Part shown: positions 47,867-59,551 of the stretch, one piece after another
Numbering within the stretch: the first letter of the stretch is position 1
Layout: each line of letters opens with the position of its first letter
Source of the DNA: Eubacteriales bacterium
Lineage (GTDB): Bacteria > Bacillota > Clostridia > Oscillospirales > CAG-382
Length of the DNA stretch: 64,000 nucleotides
Direction of reading: 5' to 3'
NCBI GenBank assembly: GCA_045636285.1
Contig: JAZTXJ010000046.1
Location: 7,816-71,815 of the forward strand
Notes under the pieces: model-generated
The model's database searches: none
What the model saw: only the letters and a program-made list of their open reading frames with translations
Told to the model about the DNA's origin: nothing
Made by a program: the position numbers and the translations under genes

Positions 47867-47871
47867 ACTTG

Positions 47872-48558
47872 TTAACGCTTTACAAATTCGCGTATTTTGT
47901 CTATCGCGCTTTTTTCCAAGCGCGAAACGTAAGAGCGCGAAATCCCCATCATCTGTGCAACGTCGCGCTGGGCGTAGTGTCTTCCGCTTTTGTTCAGCCC
48001 GTAGCGAAGCATCATTATCTTCTTTTCCCTTTCGGTAAGCACCGTCTTTATCGCTTTTGCTATCCTTTCGAGCTTTATTTTGCGGTCTATCGAATCGACA
48101 ATATCGTCGGGAGAAGCAATTATTTCGAGATAGGTAAGCGGATTTCCGTCCTTATCGACGTCCACGGGGTCGTTTATCGAGCTCACGCCCGAATGCTTCT
48201 TCTGTGCGCGGAAATACATTAATATTTCGTTTTGCAGGCATTTTCCCGCATAGGTCGCAAAGCGCGCCCCCTTTTCGTAATTAAAGCTGTCTATCGCCTT
48301 TATAAGTCCGACCGTGCCGACCGAGATAAGATCGTCCTGATCGGGCGCGGTGGTATAGTATTTTTTCACGATATGTGCAACAAGCCGCAGATTGTGCTCG
48401 ATAAGCTTGTTTCTCGCAATAGGGTCGCCCCTGCGCGTTCGGGCAAAGAGCTCGTATTCCTCTTCTTTCGAAAGCGGAGGCGGAAACGAATGTGTGTCCG
48501 ACGTACGCAAAAGCAGACAAAAGCATTTCGAAACTATGTTTAAAAGAAAGGATAACAA
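47872..48558 (-). CDS. sigK: sporulation sigma factor, pro-sigma-K type
   Basis: LIEHNLRLVAHIVKKY matches B. subtilis SigK region 2, and region 4.2 reads GISRSYVSRLEK. A hydrophobic pro-sequence precedes SFPPPLS. No spoIIGA or sigG is adjacent. Start is TTG 48558 behind GAGAGGTGAT, or GTG 48567 in the ORF track. Confidence 0.65.
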   Translation of the reverse strand: MLSFLLNIVSKCFCLLLRTSDTHSFPPPLSKEEEYELFARTRRGDPIARNKLIEHNLRLVAHIVKKYYTTAPDQDDLISVGTVGLIKAIDSFNYEKGARFATYAGKCLQNEILMYFRAQKKHSGVSSINDPVDVDKDGNPLTYLEIIASPDDIVDSIDRKIKLERIAKAIKTVLTEREKKIMMLRYGLNKSGRHYAQRDVAQMMGISRSYVSRLEKSAIDKIREFVKR

Positions 48559-48673
48559 AAAAATCACCTCTCGAAAATATATGCGGCATACATAACAAAT
48601 ATTTGCGCTAAACTATGGAAAAACGGTTTGCTTTTTGATATAATGTACGTATATCGAAAACGAGGTGTTTTTT

Positions 48674-50275
48674 ATGGAACAATGGCATAAAGAGATAGTC
48701 GCTTATCAGATATACCCGAAAAGCTTTATGGATACCAACGGCGACGGTATCGGCGATATTAAAGGAATTATAAGCAAGCTTGATTATTTAAAAGAGCTCG
48801 GCATAAACACCGTTTGGCTTTCGCCCTGCTATCCCTCGCCGGGGGACGACAACGGTTACGATATTTCAAATTACCGCGGAATCGCCTCCGAATACGGCAC
48901 GCTCGAGGAATTCAAGCAAATGCTCGACGGAATGCATTCGCGCGGGATCCGTCTTTTGATGGATTTGGTGGTCAACCATACCTCCGATGAGCACGAATGG
49001 TTTGTCGAATCGCGCAAGAGCCGCGACAACCCCTACCGCGATTATTATATCTGGCGCGACCCTGTTGACGGTCACGAGCCGAACGAATGGGTAGCCGCAT
49101 TCGGGGGAAGCGCTTGGGAATACGATGAAGCAACTGGGCAGTATTACCTTCACCTTTTCTCGAAAAAACAGCCCGATCTTAACTGGGAAAACCCGATCGT
49201 CCGCCAAGAGATCGCAGATATGATCAATTATTGGCTCGATATGGGTGTGGACGGATTCCGTTGCGACGTTATAAACAACATTTCGAAGGACTTCACCCGT
49301 CCCTATGCGGGCGGAAACGGACCCAGACTGCACGAATTCCTTCACGAGCTCCACGTTCGCGCGCTCGAACCGCACAAGGCATATACTGTCGGCGAAACGT
49401 GGGGACTTTCCCCCGCGCAGGCGCTCGATCTTACGGGCGAAGCACGCGGCGAGCTTACTACGACCTTCCAGTTCGAGCATCTTTTGCTCGGCAGAGTCGG
49501 GGGCGATAAATTCATTCCCGAGCCCGTTGACAGAAAAGCGTTTGTCGATATTCTCGCAAAATGGGAATACGGCTTGAAGGACGACAGCTATCCCGTGCTC
49601 GTTATGGAAAACCACGACCAGCCGCGTGCGCTTTCGCGCTTCGGCGACAGAGAAAAATACCCCTTCGAAAGCGCAACCATGCTCGCAATGCTTCTTTACG
49701 GCATGCGCGGAATCCCCTTTATTTATCAGGGACAGGAGCTTGGTCTGCACGACCCGACCTTCAGCTCTATGGACGAATACCGCGATATAGAAACGCTTAA
49801 CGCATATAACGAGCTTAAAGCAAGCGGCAAGTTTACCGATGAAGAGCTGATTGCCAAAATGCAATTCGGCTCGCGCGATTGCGGACGCACCCCTATTCCT
49901 TGGACGACCGATAAAAACGGCGGCTTTACAAGCGGCACGCCTTGGATAAAGACTCAAATCGACAAGGGATATACCGTTGCCGAGCAGGAGCGCGACGAAA
50001 AATCGGTGCTCAATTTCTACCGCAAGCTCTTAAAGCTCCGCAAATCGCTTCCCGCGCTTGCAGACGGCGAATTCGAGCTGCTTCTTAACGAAAGCAATAT
50101 AAGCGTTTACACCCGCAAAGCAGAAAGCGAAACCGTTTACGTCGTTTCCAATTTCGACGAAAACGAACGCCCGATGCCCGAATTCATTCCCGCCGATTGC
50201 GAAGTAATACTTAATAACTACGAAACCGTTTCCGAAACGTTAAAGCCTTATCAGTCGGTTTGGTTCAAAAAGTAA
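48674..50275 (+). CDS. GH13 oligo-1,6-glucosidase / alpha-glucosidase
   Basis: YQIYPKSFMDTNGDGIGD, DLVVNHTS, GFRCDVI, GETW and NHDQPR conserved regions. Confidence 0.9.
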   Translation: MEQWHKEIVAYQIYPKSFMDTNGDGIGDIKGIISKLDYLKELGINTVWLSPCYPSPGDDNGYDISNYRGIASEYGTLEEFKQMLDGMHSRGIRLLMDLVVNHTSDEHEWFVESRKSRDNPYRDYYIWRDPVDGHEPNEWVAAFGGSAWEYDEATGQYYLHLFSKKQPDLNWENPIVRQEIADMINYWLDMGVDGFRCDVINNISKDFTRPYAGGNGPRLHEFLHELHVRALEPHKAYTVGETWGLSPAQALDLTGEARGELTTTFQFEHLLLGRVGGDKFIPEPVDRKAFVDILAKWEYGLKDDSYPVLVMENHDQPRALSRFGDREKYPFESATMLAMLLYGMRGIPFIYQGQELGLHDPTFSSMDEYRDIETLNAYNELKASGKFTDEELIAKMQFGSRDCGRTPIPWTTDKNGGFTSGTPWIKTQIDKGYTVAEQERDEKSVLNFYRKLLKLRKSLPALADGEFELLLNESNISVYTRKAESETVYVVSNFDENERPMPEFIPADCEVILNNYETVSETLKPYQSVWFKK

Positions 50276-50281
50276 ATATAA

Positions 50282-50324
50282 AAACGGCATCTTCCGCAAA
50301 GAAGATGCCGTTTGTTTTTGTTTT
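50282..50324. terminator. bidirectional Rho-independent terminator
   Basis: AAACGGCATCTTC/GAAGATGCCGTTT stem with T-runs on both strands. Confidence 0.8.
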
Positions 50325-50348
50325 GTGCTATGCGCCGTTCGGACGCCG

Positions 50349-51722
50349 TTAGATTATAAAATGTGCGCCCTTTTCGATCATAATATTTCTAACCTCGGAA
50401 CCGTCGATGTCGCGGGGAAGGACGTTGCGGTCGAGTGCAAGCGCCGCGCCGATACCTGCGGCTTCGCCGGATGCGCGAACGGAATGCTGTACGCGGAGCG
50501 AGCTCTGTGCGAGGAATTCCGCACCAAGACAACGACCGGTGATATAAAGGTTATCGATACCCTTTACAACGAGCGAGCGGTAAGGAATTTCGTACCAACG
50601 CTTGCCGTCGTCAACGGGAGCGAGGTTGCCTTCGAACTGAAGGGTCTTGCCGTGAATATCGACAGGATAGTTCGACTGGCAGAACATATCCTCGAACTTA
50701 ACGCGGCGAAGAAGGTCGGAAGCCGAAAGAACGTATTCGGTTTCGATATTGCGGCTTTCGCGGATGCCTACCATCGAAGCGATTTCTGCGATATAAGCCT
50801 TTTCGAAGCCCTTCATATACTTTTTATAGAACTTGAGCTGGCGAAGAATACGCTGTTTACCCTGAATCTGAGTTTTGGTAAGGTGGTTGGGATCGGTACC
50901 GTCAACGTCATCGAAGAATTCGGGGTTGTTGAAGGCGATTGTGTTTTCTCTGCCCGCAACCATAAAGCCCTGCCAATAGTTCTTATCGTCTTCGATAAGG
51001 TCGCCGTTTGCGATAGCTTCATCGAACATGGGAGCAAAGGTCCAATGGTCGCCCGCACAGCAAGCAACGTATACGGTGTCTTTTCCGTCGTAGCTTGCGC
51101 CGTAGTCCTTGCCGGTCTTTTCGATAGTTTCTTTAATAAATTCGCCGAACGCGCGAACGTCTACGTTCGCAACGATATAACGGAGCGAAATGGGCTGGTT
51201 CTTGCCGGTTTCGGGGTTGCCCTTGGTAAAGCCCGCGCCTGCGCGCACGCAAACGTCGCCGTCGCCGGTGCCGTCGATGAATATTTTACCCTTGATAAGT
51301 CCCAAGCCGCGCTTGTTTGCAACGACGATAGCTTCGAGCTTGCCGTCGTTAACGATAGCTTCTGCGATAAAGGTGTGAAGAAGGATTTTTACGCCCGCTT
51401 CGTCACACATGGTTTCGAGCACCGATTTGAGCACGAGCGGGTCGAAGTTCGCGCCGTTGTTGTGTTCTGCGCCGAACTCTGCCAATTTGTCGCGTACGAT
51501 GTTCGCAATATAAGAGCACTGGGGATTTTCGGGAATATGGGTGTGCATTATAGGAAGAACAAGACCGTTGGTAGCAGTGCCGCCGAGCGCACCGAACTGT
51601 TCAACGATAAGCACGTCCTTGCCCATATCCGCTGCCGCCTTTGCGGCAAACGCGCCTGCTGTACCGCCGCCGCAAACCACTACTTCGGCTTCGGCAAATA
51701 CGGGAAGTTTGGAATAGTCCAT
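50349..51722 (-). CDS. FAD-dependent oxidoreductase (GIDA/FAD_oxidored-like)
   Basis: N-terminal dinucleotide fold VVVCGGGTAGAFAAKAAADMGKDVLIVEQ. Size is 457 aa. Confidence 0.8.
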   Translation of the reverse strand: MDYSKLPVFAEAEVVVCGGGTAGAFAAKAAADMGKDVLIVEQFGALGGTATNGLVLPIMHTHIPENPQCSYIANIVRDKLAEFGAEHNNGANFDPLVLKSVLETMCDEAGVKILLHTFIAEAIVNDGKLEAIVVANKRGLGLIKGKIFIDGTGDGDVCVRAGAGFTKGNPETGKNQPISLRYIVANVDVRAFGEFIKETIEKTGKDYGASYDGKDTVYVACCAGDHWTFAPMFDEAIANGDLIEDDKNYWQGFMVAGRENTIAFNNPEFFDDVDGTDPNHLTKTQIQGKQRILRQLKFYKKYMKGFEKAYIAEIASMVGIRESRNIETEYVLSASDLLRRVKFEDMFCQSNYPVDIHGKTLQFEGNLAPVDDGKRWYEIPYRSLVVKGIDNLYITGRCLGAEFLAQSSLRVQHSVRASGEAAGIGAALALDRNVLPRDIDGSEVRNIMIEKGAHFII

Positions 51723-51743
51723 TATGTTTCTCCTTTTTGCTTG

Positions 51744-54688
<2,945 letters not shown>

Positions 54689-54693
54689 AGCTT

Positions 54694-55407
54694 TTATCCG
54701 TCCGATGCGGACGCTTCTCCCCATATAGGTATTGCCTCGCCCAAATACTGCGGCTCGGGCTTGAAAATCGCTTCGAGTACGTATTTCGGTCTTGCGGCTA
54801 TTTCTCTTAAATCGTTCATTATGTTTCTGCCGTATGCTCCGGTATCGCAATCGACACCGTAAGCTTCGAGCCCCAACGCGTTTGCGATAAACACCGCGCG
54901 CGAAAGGTGGAAGCCCTGCGTTACGATAATAACGCGCTTCGCCTTGAAAATTTCTTTTGCGCGGTACATTGTATCGTAGGTATCGAATCCCGCGTGGTCG
55001 GTGAAAACGACGTTCGCTTCTATTCCGCGCTCAAGCATATATTTCTTCATCGCGCCGACCTCGTTATAATCGGCGCGCGAATGGTCGCCGCTTAAAAGCA
55101 GTCTTTCGGAAGCACCCGCAAGATAAAGCTCCGCCCCGCACAAAATACGTTCGTAAAGCAGGTTCGAAGGGCTTCCGTCGGCTTTAAGCCCCGCACCGAG
55201 CACGATAATGCAATCGACGTCGGTCAGCGCCTTCGCCTCGTCGAAGGTCAGTATGCTTTTGCTTGCCGAAGCGATTACGATTATATTGCACACCGCGACG
55301 GAAAGAATACCCAAAAGCACAAGCGTTATTAAGGTGTTCCGTATTATTTTATATATTCTTTTTTTCGGGTTTTCAGTTTTTGTTCTGTCTGATTTTTTCT
55401 CTTTCAT
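54694..55407 (-). CDS. SanA/YdcF (DUF218) family protein
   Basis: N-terminal TM helix, then CIIVLGAGLKADGSPS...LLLSGDH...FDTYDT. Confidence 0.75.
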   Translation of the reverse strand: MKEKKSDRTKTENPKKRIYKIIRNTLITLVLLGILSVAVCNIIVIASASKSILTFDEAKALTDVDCIIVLGAGLKADGSPSNLLYERILCGAELYLAGASERLLLSGDHSRADYNEVGAMKKYMLERGIEANVVFTDHAGFDTYDTMYRAKEIFKAKRVIIVTQGFHLSRAVFIANALGLEAYGVDCDTGAYGRNIMNDLREIAARPKYVLEAIFKPEPQYLGEAIPIWGEASASDG

Positions 55408-56239
55408 ACATCATTTTCATAATAACCGCATCGTCCGATTGAGTGCCCGCGGATTCGCAAATGATCGTGGGGGACACCCCGAGCGAAACGATAGCCTCTG
55501 CCAAGGGCTCGAAATTGGGTCCGTAAACATCATCATCAAAGGTAAGATGCTTCTTTTCGCCCATTTCGGTATACATTATCTTCGAAAAATGGCAATGCAG
55601 ATTTTCGGCATACTCCGCGCCGAGCGTTTCGGAAATTCTTTCGAAAACGCGCTTATAATCGTCGGCGGTATAGAAAACGCCTCTGTCGCGCGCGTTCAGA
55701 TGCCCGAAATCGACAACGGGCGCAAAAATTTCGGATATTTTACAAAGCGTAAGCACCTCGTCGAGCGTGCCCAACTGGTTTACCTTGCCCATCGTTTCGA
55801 TACCGACGCGCGTTTTGTAACCGAAGGCCCGCATCATTTCGGCGGTGTTTTCAAGCGTTTCGCTCGCGTATTCCATTGCGGTTTCGCGGCTTATTTTTGC
55901 ACACGAGCCGCAATGCACGACCATTATATTTGCGCCCAAAAGCGTACTCACCTCGGCGCTTCTGCGTATGTATTCGACGCTGTTATCGCGCTTTTCCTTT
56001 TCGACCGAGGAAAGCGATATGAAATACGGCGCGTGGAACGACATTTTTATCCCATGCTCGCGCGCCTTCGCGCCGATTGCGAGAAACATTTCGTTGCTTC
56101 CCGTAATACCGTTGCCCGCTTCGTATTCATACGCCTCCAAGCCGAGCTCGCGCACGAACCGCGGTGCTTGCAGAGTCGATTTTAATCCCGCGGCGCGAAA
56201 GCTTTCCGAGTTTCCGCCGGGACCGAATTTTGCACTCAT
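55373..56239 (-). CDS. endonuclease-IV-like TIM-barrel protein
   Basis: HAPYFISL, VVHCG, IETMG, DFGH and HCHFS are spaced like Nfo metal ligands. It overlaps the next gene by 35 nt. Confidence 0.6.
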   Translation of the reverse strand: MSAKFGPGGNSESFRAAGLKSTLQAPRFVRELGLEAYEYEAGNGITGSNEMFLAIGAKAREHGIKMSFHAPYFISLSSVEKEKRDNSVEYIRRSAEVSTLLGANIMVVHCGSCAKISRETAMEYASETLENTAEMMRAFGYKTRVGIETMGKVNQLGTLDEVLTLCKISEIFAPVVDFGHLNARDRGVFYTADDYKRVFERISETLGAEYAENLHCHFSKIMYTEMGEKKHLTFDDDVYGPNFEPLAEAIVSLGVSPTIICESAGTQSDDAVIMKMMYEREKIRQNKN

Positions 56240-56244
56240 ATTAT

Positions 56245-56790
56245 TTATCCTTTACCTTGTTTTTTTCTTATCTTCGCCAGAGCGTTTTTCGGGTTGAGCC
56301 AATCCAATCGTTTAACGAAGGGACGCTCGAAAAATCTTTTCAAACGGAAAAATCTGCTTTCGACAGGCTGTATCGGCTTTACTATCGCAAACCGTATTCC
56401 CGCGCGGTGTGCCGCAAGGCAATCGGTGAATATCTGGTCGCCGACGGCAAGAACCTCTTTGTTTTCGAGCCCGAAATGCGCGATACATCTTCTTACGCCC
56501 TTGGGCGAGGGCTTGCCCGCCTTGCAAACGTAGAAAAGCCCAAGGCTTTCGTTGAACACCGTAACGCGCGGACCCTTGTTGTTCGAAACGAACGCCATTT
56601 TAATACCCGCATCACGCAGGGATGCGAAATATTCCTTCATTTTTTCGGTGGGACGCTCGATTTCATAAGGTGCTACCGTGTTATCGATATCGAAAACAAC
56701 GCCCTTTACCCCGAGCTCGCGCAGAGCTTCGGGGTTTATGGTATAAACGTCGCAAAACGCCATATCGGGGCGAAAGAAAGAAAATAACAT
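56245..56790 (-). CDS. YqeG-family HAD-IIIA phosphatase
   Basis: VVFDIDNTV, VSNN and VGDQIFTD motifs. Size is 181 aa. Confidence 0.85.
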   Translation of the reverse strand: MLFSFFRPDMAFCDVYTINPEALRELGVKGVVFDIDNTVAPYEIERPTEKMKEYFASLRDAGIKMAFVSNNKGPRVTVFNESLGLFYVCKAGKPSPKGVRRCIAHFGLENKEVLAVGDQIFTDCLAAHRAGIRFAIVKPIQPVESRFFRLKRFFERPFVKRLDWLNPKNALAKIRKKQGKG

Positions 56791-56813
56791 TTAATAACTC
56801 CGTTCAAACGGTT

Positions 56814-58868
56814 TTATTCCACCGTTGCATATACTATCGAAAGCGGAGGTATTTTTGCACTGCCGCAACCGTTTTCGATAATCATTTCCCCTTCGGTATC
56901 GCCCGAAAGGATATATTTGCCGTCTTCAAGACCGTAGGTATATTTTACCTCTGCTTCGGCTTCGCCTGCGTTTACGATAAGAAGCAATCTCTTACCGTCG
57001 TTTCTTTCCCAATGCTCGGAAAAGACCGCGCTGTGCTCGACAAGTCCGCCGTAAGCTTCCTTACAGCGCGTGGTGCGGATCACGGGCTGATCGTCTTCGA
57101 ATTCGGGCGAGCGCAAAAGCCTGCCGTTATACATATAGGAACCGACGCGAGCTCTTTCGTGTACGCATTTTTTATAGAAATCCTTATGCTTCATCTGCAA
57201 ATAAAGATCGGGTGCGTTCCAGCCGAGCTGTTCGCCGAAGGTGAACGACTGCGCGATATGTATGCGCTGACCTTCATCGTCGTCGTAAGGCATATAGCGG
57301 TAATTTCTGCCGAACATCGTAACGTAGCCCGAATATACCGCAACGAACGCGGGCACCTGACGGTTATGCACCCAAAGCCACGTAAGGTAACCCTGCATAC
57401 GCTTCATAAAGGGATCTGCCGTGCATTCGGTGGTGAGCGCGCTTCCCTCGGGACGAACTCGGTTCACGTGGTCGAGCAGATTATTATAGCCCTCTACCCA
57501 CCAAGTACCGCCGCCTGCGCGGTGAGAGTGGTTTTTATCCTCGCACATCTTCGGTGCCGCCGCCGCGATCTGATCCATATATACCGCGTTTACGCCGACC
57601 TCGTTTAACAGCTTATCGACAAGGTAGGTCACCTTTTCCTGCCAGCAGGCAGTAGAGGGGCACATTATCGAATGTCTTACGGGTGTGCCGTCGGCTTCCT
57701 TCGAATTATAGGTTTCGATAAAAGGGGTTCCGTTTCTGTCCTTGGTGCAGTTAGGCTTTGCCTTTTCGGACCATTCCCAATCCTCCATACCTCTGTCCTT
57801 GGTGTCCCAAAGACGCGCGTTGATATAGGGCATAACCCTTACGCCGTTTTCCTGCAGGCGCTTAACGCCGGTGTGGAAGGCTTCTTTTGCGGGGAAATAG
57901 TGGGGATAATCGTTATCGTAAGGGATTTTGAACCAGTCGTAAAGATGAATAGGGCTGTTGTAACCCAAATCCGCGTTCGCTTTAAGAACGTCTTCGACGT
58001 ACTGCTCGTCGTCCTTCATACGAACTATCCACCAGTGGTTTTCCTGCTTCATCCAATCGGGTGTATCTTTTCTGCCGTTTTCGTCGGTATCGGGCTTCCA
58101 TACCGCGTTGTTTATAAAGAAATCGCGGTAGATTTGCGAAGCATCGTACCAATCGCCGTCGAATATTTCCCAAACACAAACACCGCAAAGCGATTGCGTG
58201 TTGCAGGGGGAATTAATATCGGTAAGAGGAAGCTTTCCGCAAAGGGTGAAGAATTTTTCGTTTTTCTTCTTTTCGAAATATATCTTTTTATAGGCGGGAG
58301 AAGCATCGTGAAGACCGTAATAAATACCTCTTCTCCACTTCTTGTTCCAAAACGCCATAAACTGCATGCTCGCGCCGTAAGAGGGGTAATCCTGACAGGA
58401 TTTACATTCCTCGGCACCGTTCCACAATTCGCCGGGGCCGTTGGGCGACATAAACCAGAAGTCCTTTTTCGCATCGAACGAAATTGTCGGGTAATCGCAG
58501 GAATAAAGGCTGTAATCGTTATTTCCGCTGATAAGGCTTACCGACCATTCTATTCTGTTGCCGATAGTGTGGGCGCAAAGTATAGCCGTAACGCCGACAA
58601 GCGCTTTATTGCCCGAAAGCATAAAAACGGTATCGCCGCCGACCGATTCAACGGCAACGCTTTCCCAGCCGCATTCCGAAGAAACGGTAATGGTTTCATC
58701 GCTCGTCATTGCGCGTGCGGTAAGGGTAAACAAAGGGCGTTCGACAGTGAGAAAATTCTTTTTGATCTTTCTGTCACGCAGAGAATAAAGCGCAATGCCA
58801 TCCTTCCTGCGCGAAACGGTACACAGCAGCTCTCCTGCGGGGATACGGATAAGGTCGTTCTGTTTCAT
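56814..58868 (-). CDS. large cytoplasmic glycoside-hydrolase-like protein, family not assignable by eye (possibly DUF6259-type)
   Basis: 684 aa with no signal peptide. Has an N-terminal beta-rich region and a central TIM-barrel-like segment (VRVMPYINARLWD, VNAVYMDQIAAA, LTTECTADP). Confidence 0.55.
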   Translation of the reverse strand: MKQNDLIRIPAGELLCTVSRRKDGIALYSLRDRKIKKNFLTVERPLFTLTARAMTSDETITVSSECGWESVAVESVGGDTVFMLSGNKALVGVTAILCAHTIGNRIEWSVSLISGNNDYSLYSCDYPTISFDAKKDFWFMSPNGPGELWNGAEECKSCQDYPSYGASMQFMAFWNKKWRRGIYYGLHDASPAYKKIYFEKKKNEKFFTLCGKLPLTDINSPCNTQSLCGVCVWEIFDGDWYDASQIYRDFFINNAVWKPDTDENGRKDTPDWMKQENHWWIVRMKDDEQYVEDVLKANADLGYNSPIHLYDWFKIPYDNDYPHYFPAKEAFHTGVKRLQENGVRVMPYINARLWDTKDRGMEDWEWSEKAKPNCTKDRNGTPFIETYNSKEADGTPVRHSIMCPSTACWQEKVTYLVDKLLNEVGVNAVYMDQIAAAAPKMCEDKNHSHRAGGGTWWVEGYNNLLDHVNRVRPEGSALTTECTADPFMKRMQGYLTWLWVHNRQVPAFVAVYSGYVTMFGRNYRYMPYDDDEGQRIHIAQSFTFGEQLGWNAPDLYLQMKHKDFYKKCVHERARVGSYMYNGRLLRSPEFEDDQPVIRTTRCKEAYGGLVEHSAVFSEHWERNDGKRLLLIVNAGEAEAEVKYTYGLEDGKYILSGDTEGEMIIENGCGSAKIPPLSIVYATVE

Positions 58869-58888
58869 TTTTGATCTCCCTTGTTAAA

Positions 58889-59551
58889 TTAATCTGTTTT
58901 TGCGAGAACCAACGGCACTACCGAGCGCGAAACGGTTCCGCGCAGAATATCCGCGCACGCCTTTATCGTCGCGCCTGTGGTGCATATATCGTCCACCAAA
59001 AGAATTTTGTTGTAAATTTTATCCGTTTTGTAATCTTTTCTTATTCTGAACCGACCGAGCATATTCTTATAGCGCTCACCGCGGCTCAAAAGCTTTTGCT
59101 CCTTGCCGCCGATACGCTCGAGCGCATATATCGCGGGGATACCGTAAAGCTTCGAAACCGATTTTGCGAAAAGCTCGGATTGGTCGAACCCGTAACGGTT
59201 TCGGTTCTGCTTCGAGCGGGGTACAAACGCGACCGCATCGAAGCCCTTCATATTAATCCCGCCTGCTCTCACGGCAAGCTCCGCCCAAAAATCCATTGCG
59301 CGTTTATCTGCTTTATCCTTAATAAGATAAATAATACTGCGCGCCACTCTGCCCTTATAGAAGAACGCAAATCTTACGTTGCGGTTTTCCGCACAGGTGC
59401 AGGCAGACGGCTTTTTGCCGCAGGCGCGGCATTCGGTTGTGAGAATTCTTTGAAGCTCGTTTATGCACTTTTCGCAGAACGGAAGCTCGTTATAGCAAAT
59501 ATTGAGCTTGCATATCGTGCAGGGAAGCGGAAATATAAGGTCTGTTTTCAT
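58889..59551 (-). CDS. comFC: ComF-family protein (ComFC, phosphoribosyltransferase fold with N-terminal zinc finger)
   Basis: CxxC...CxxC...CxxC N-terminus and the PRT motif ILLVDDICTTGATI. Confidence 0.85.
   Translation of the reverse strand: MKTDLIFPLPCTICKLNICYNELPFCEKCINELQRILTTECRACGKKPSACTCAENRNVRFAFFYKGRVARSIIYLIKDKADKRAMDFWAELAVRAGGINMKGFDAVAFVPRSKQNRNRYGFDQSELFAKSVSKLYGIPAIYALERIGGKEQKLLSRGERYKNMLGRFRIRKDYKTDKIYNKILLVDDICTTGATIKACADILRGTVSRSVVPLVLAKTD

Noticed and set aside
48576-48604. sigma-E-like promoter AAATATT-N14-CATATATT upstream of sigK
   Set aside because: The -10 element ends only 3 nt from the GAGAGGTGAT SD. A start site would therefore fall inside or after the ribosome-binding site, which is geometrically inconsistent with the ORF.
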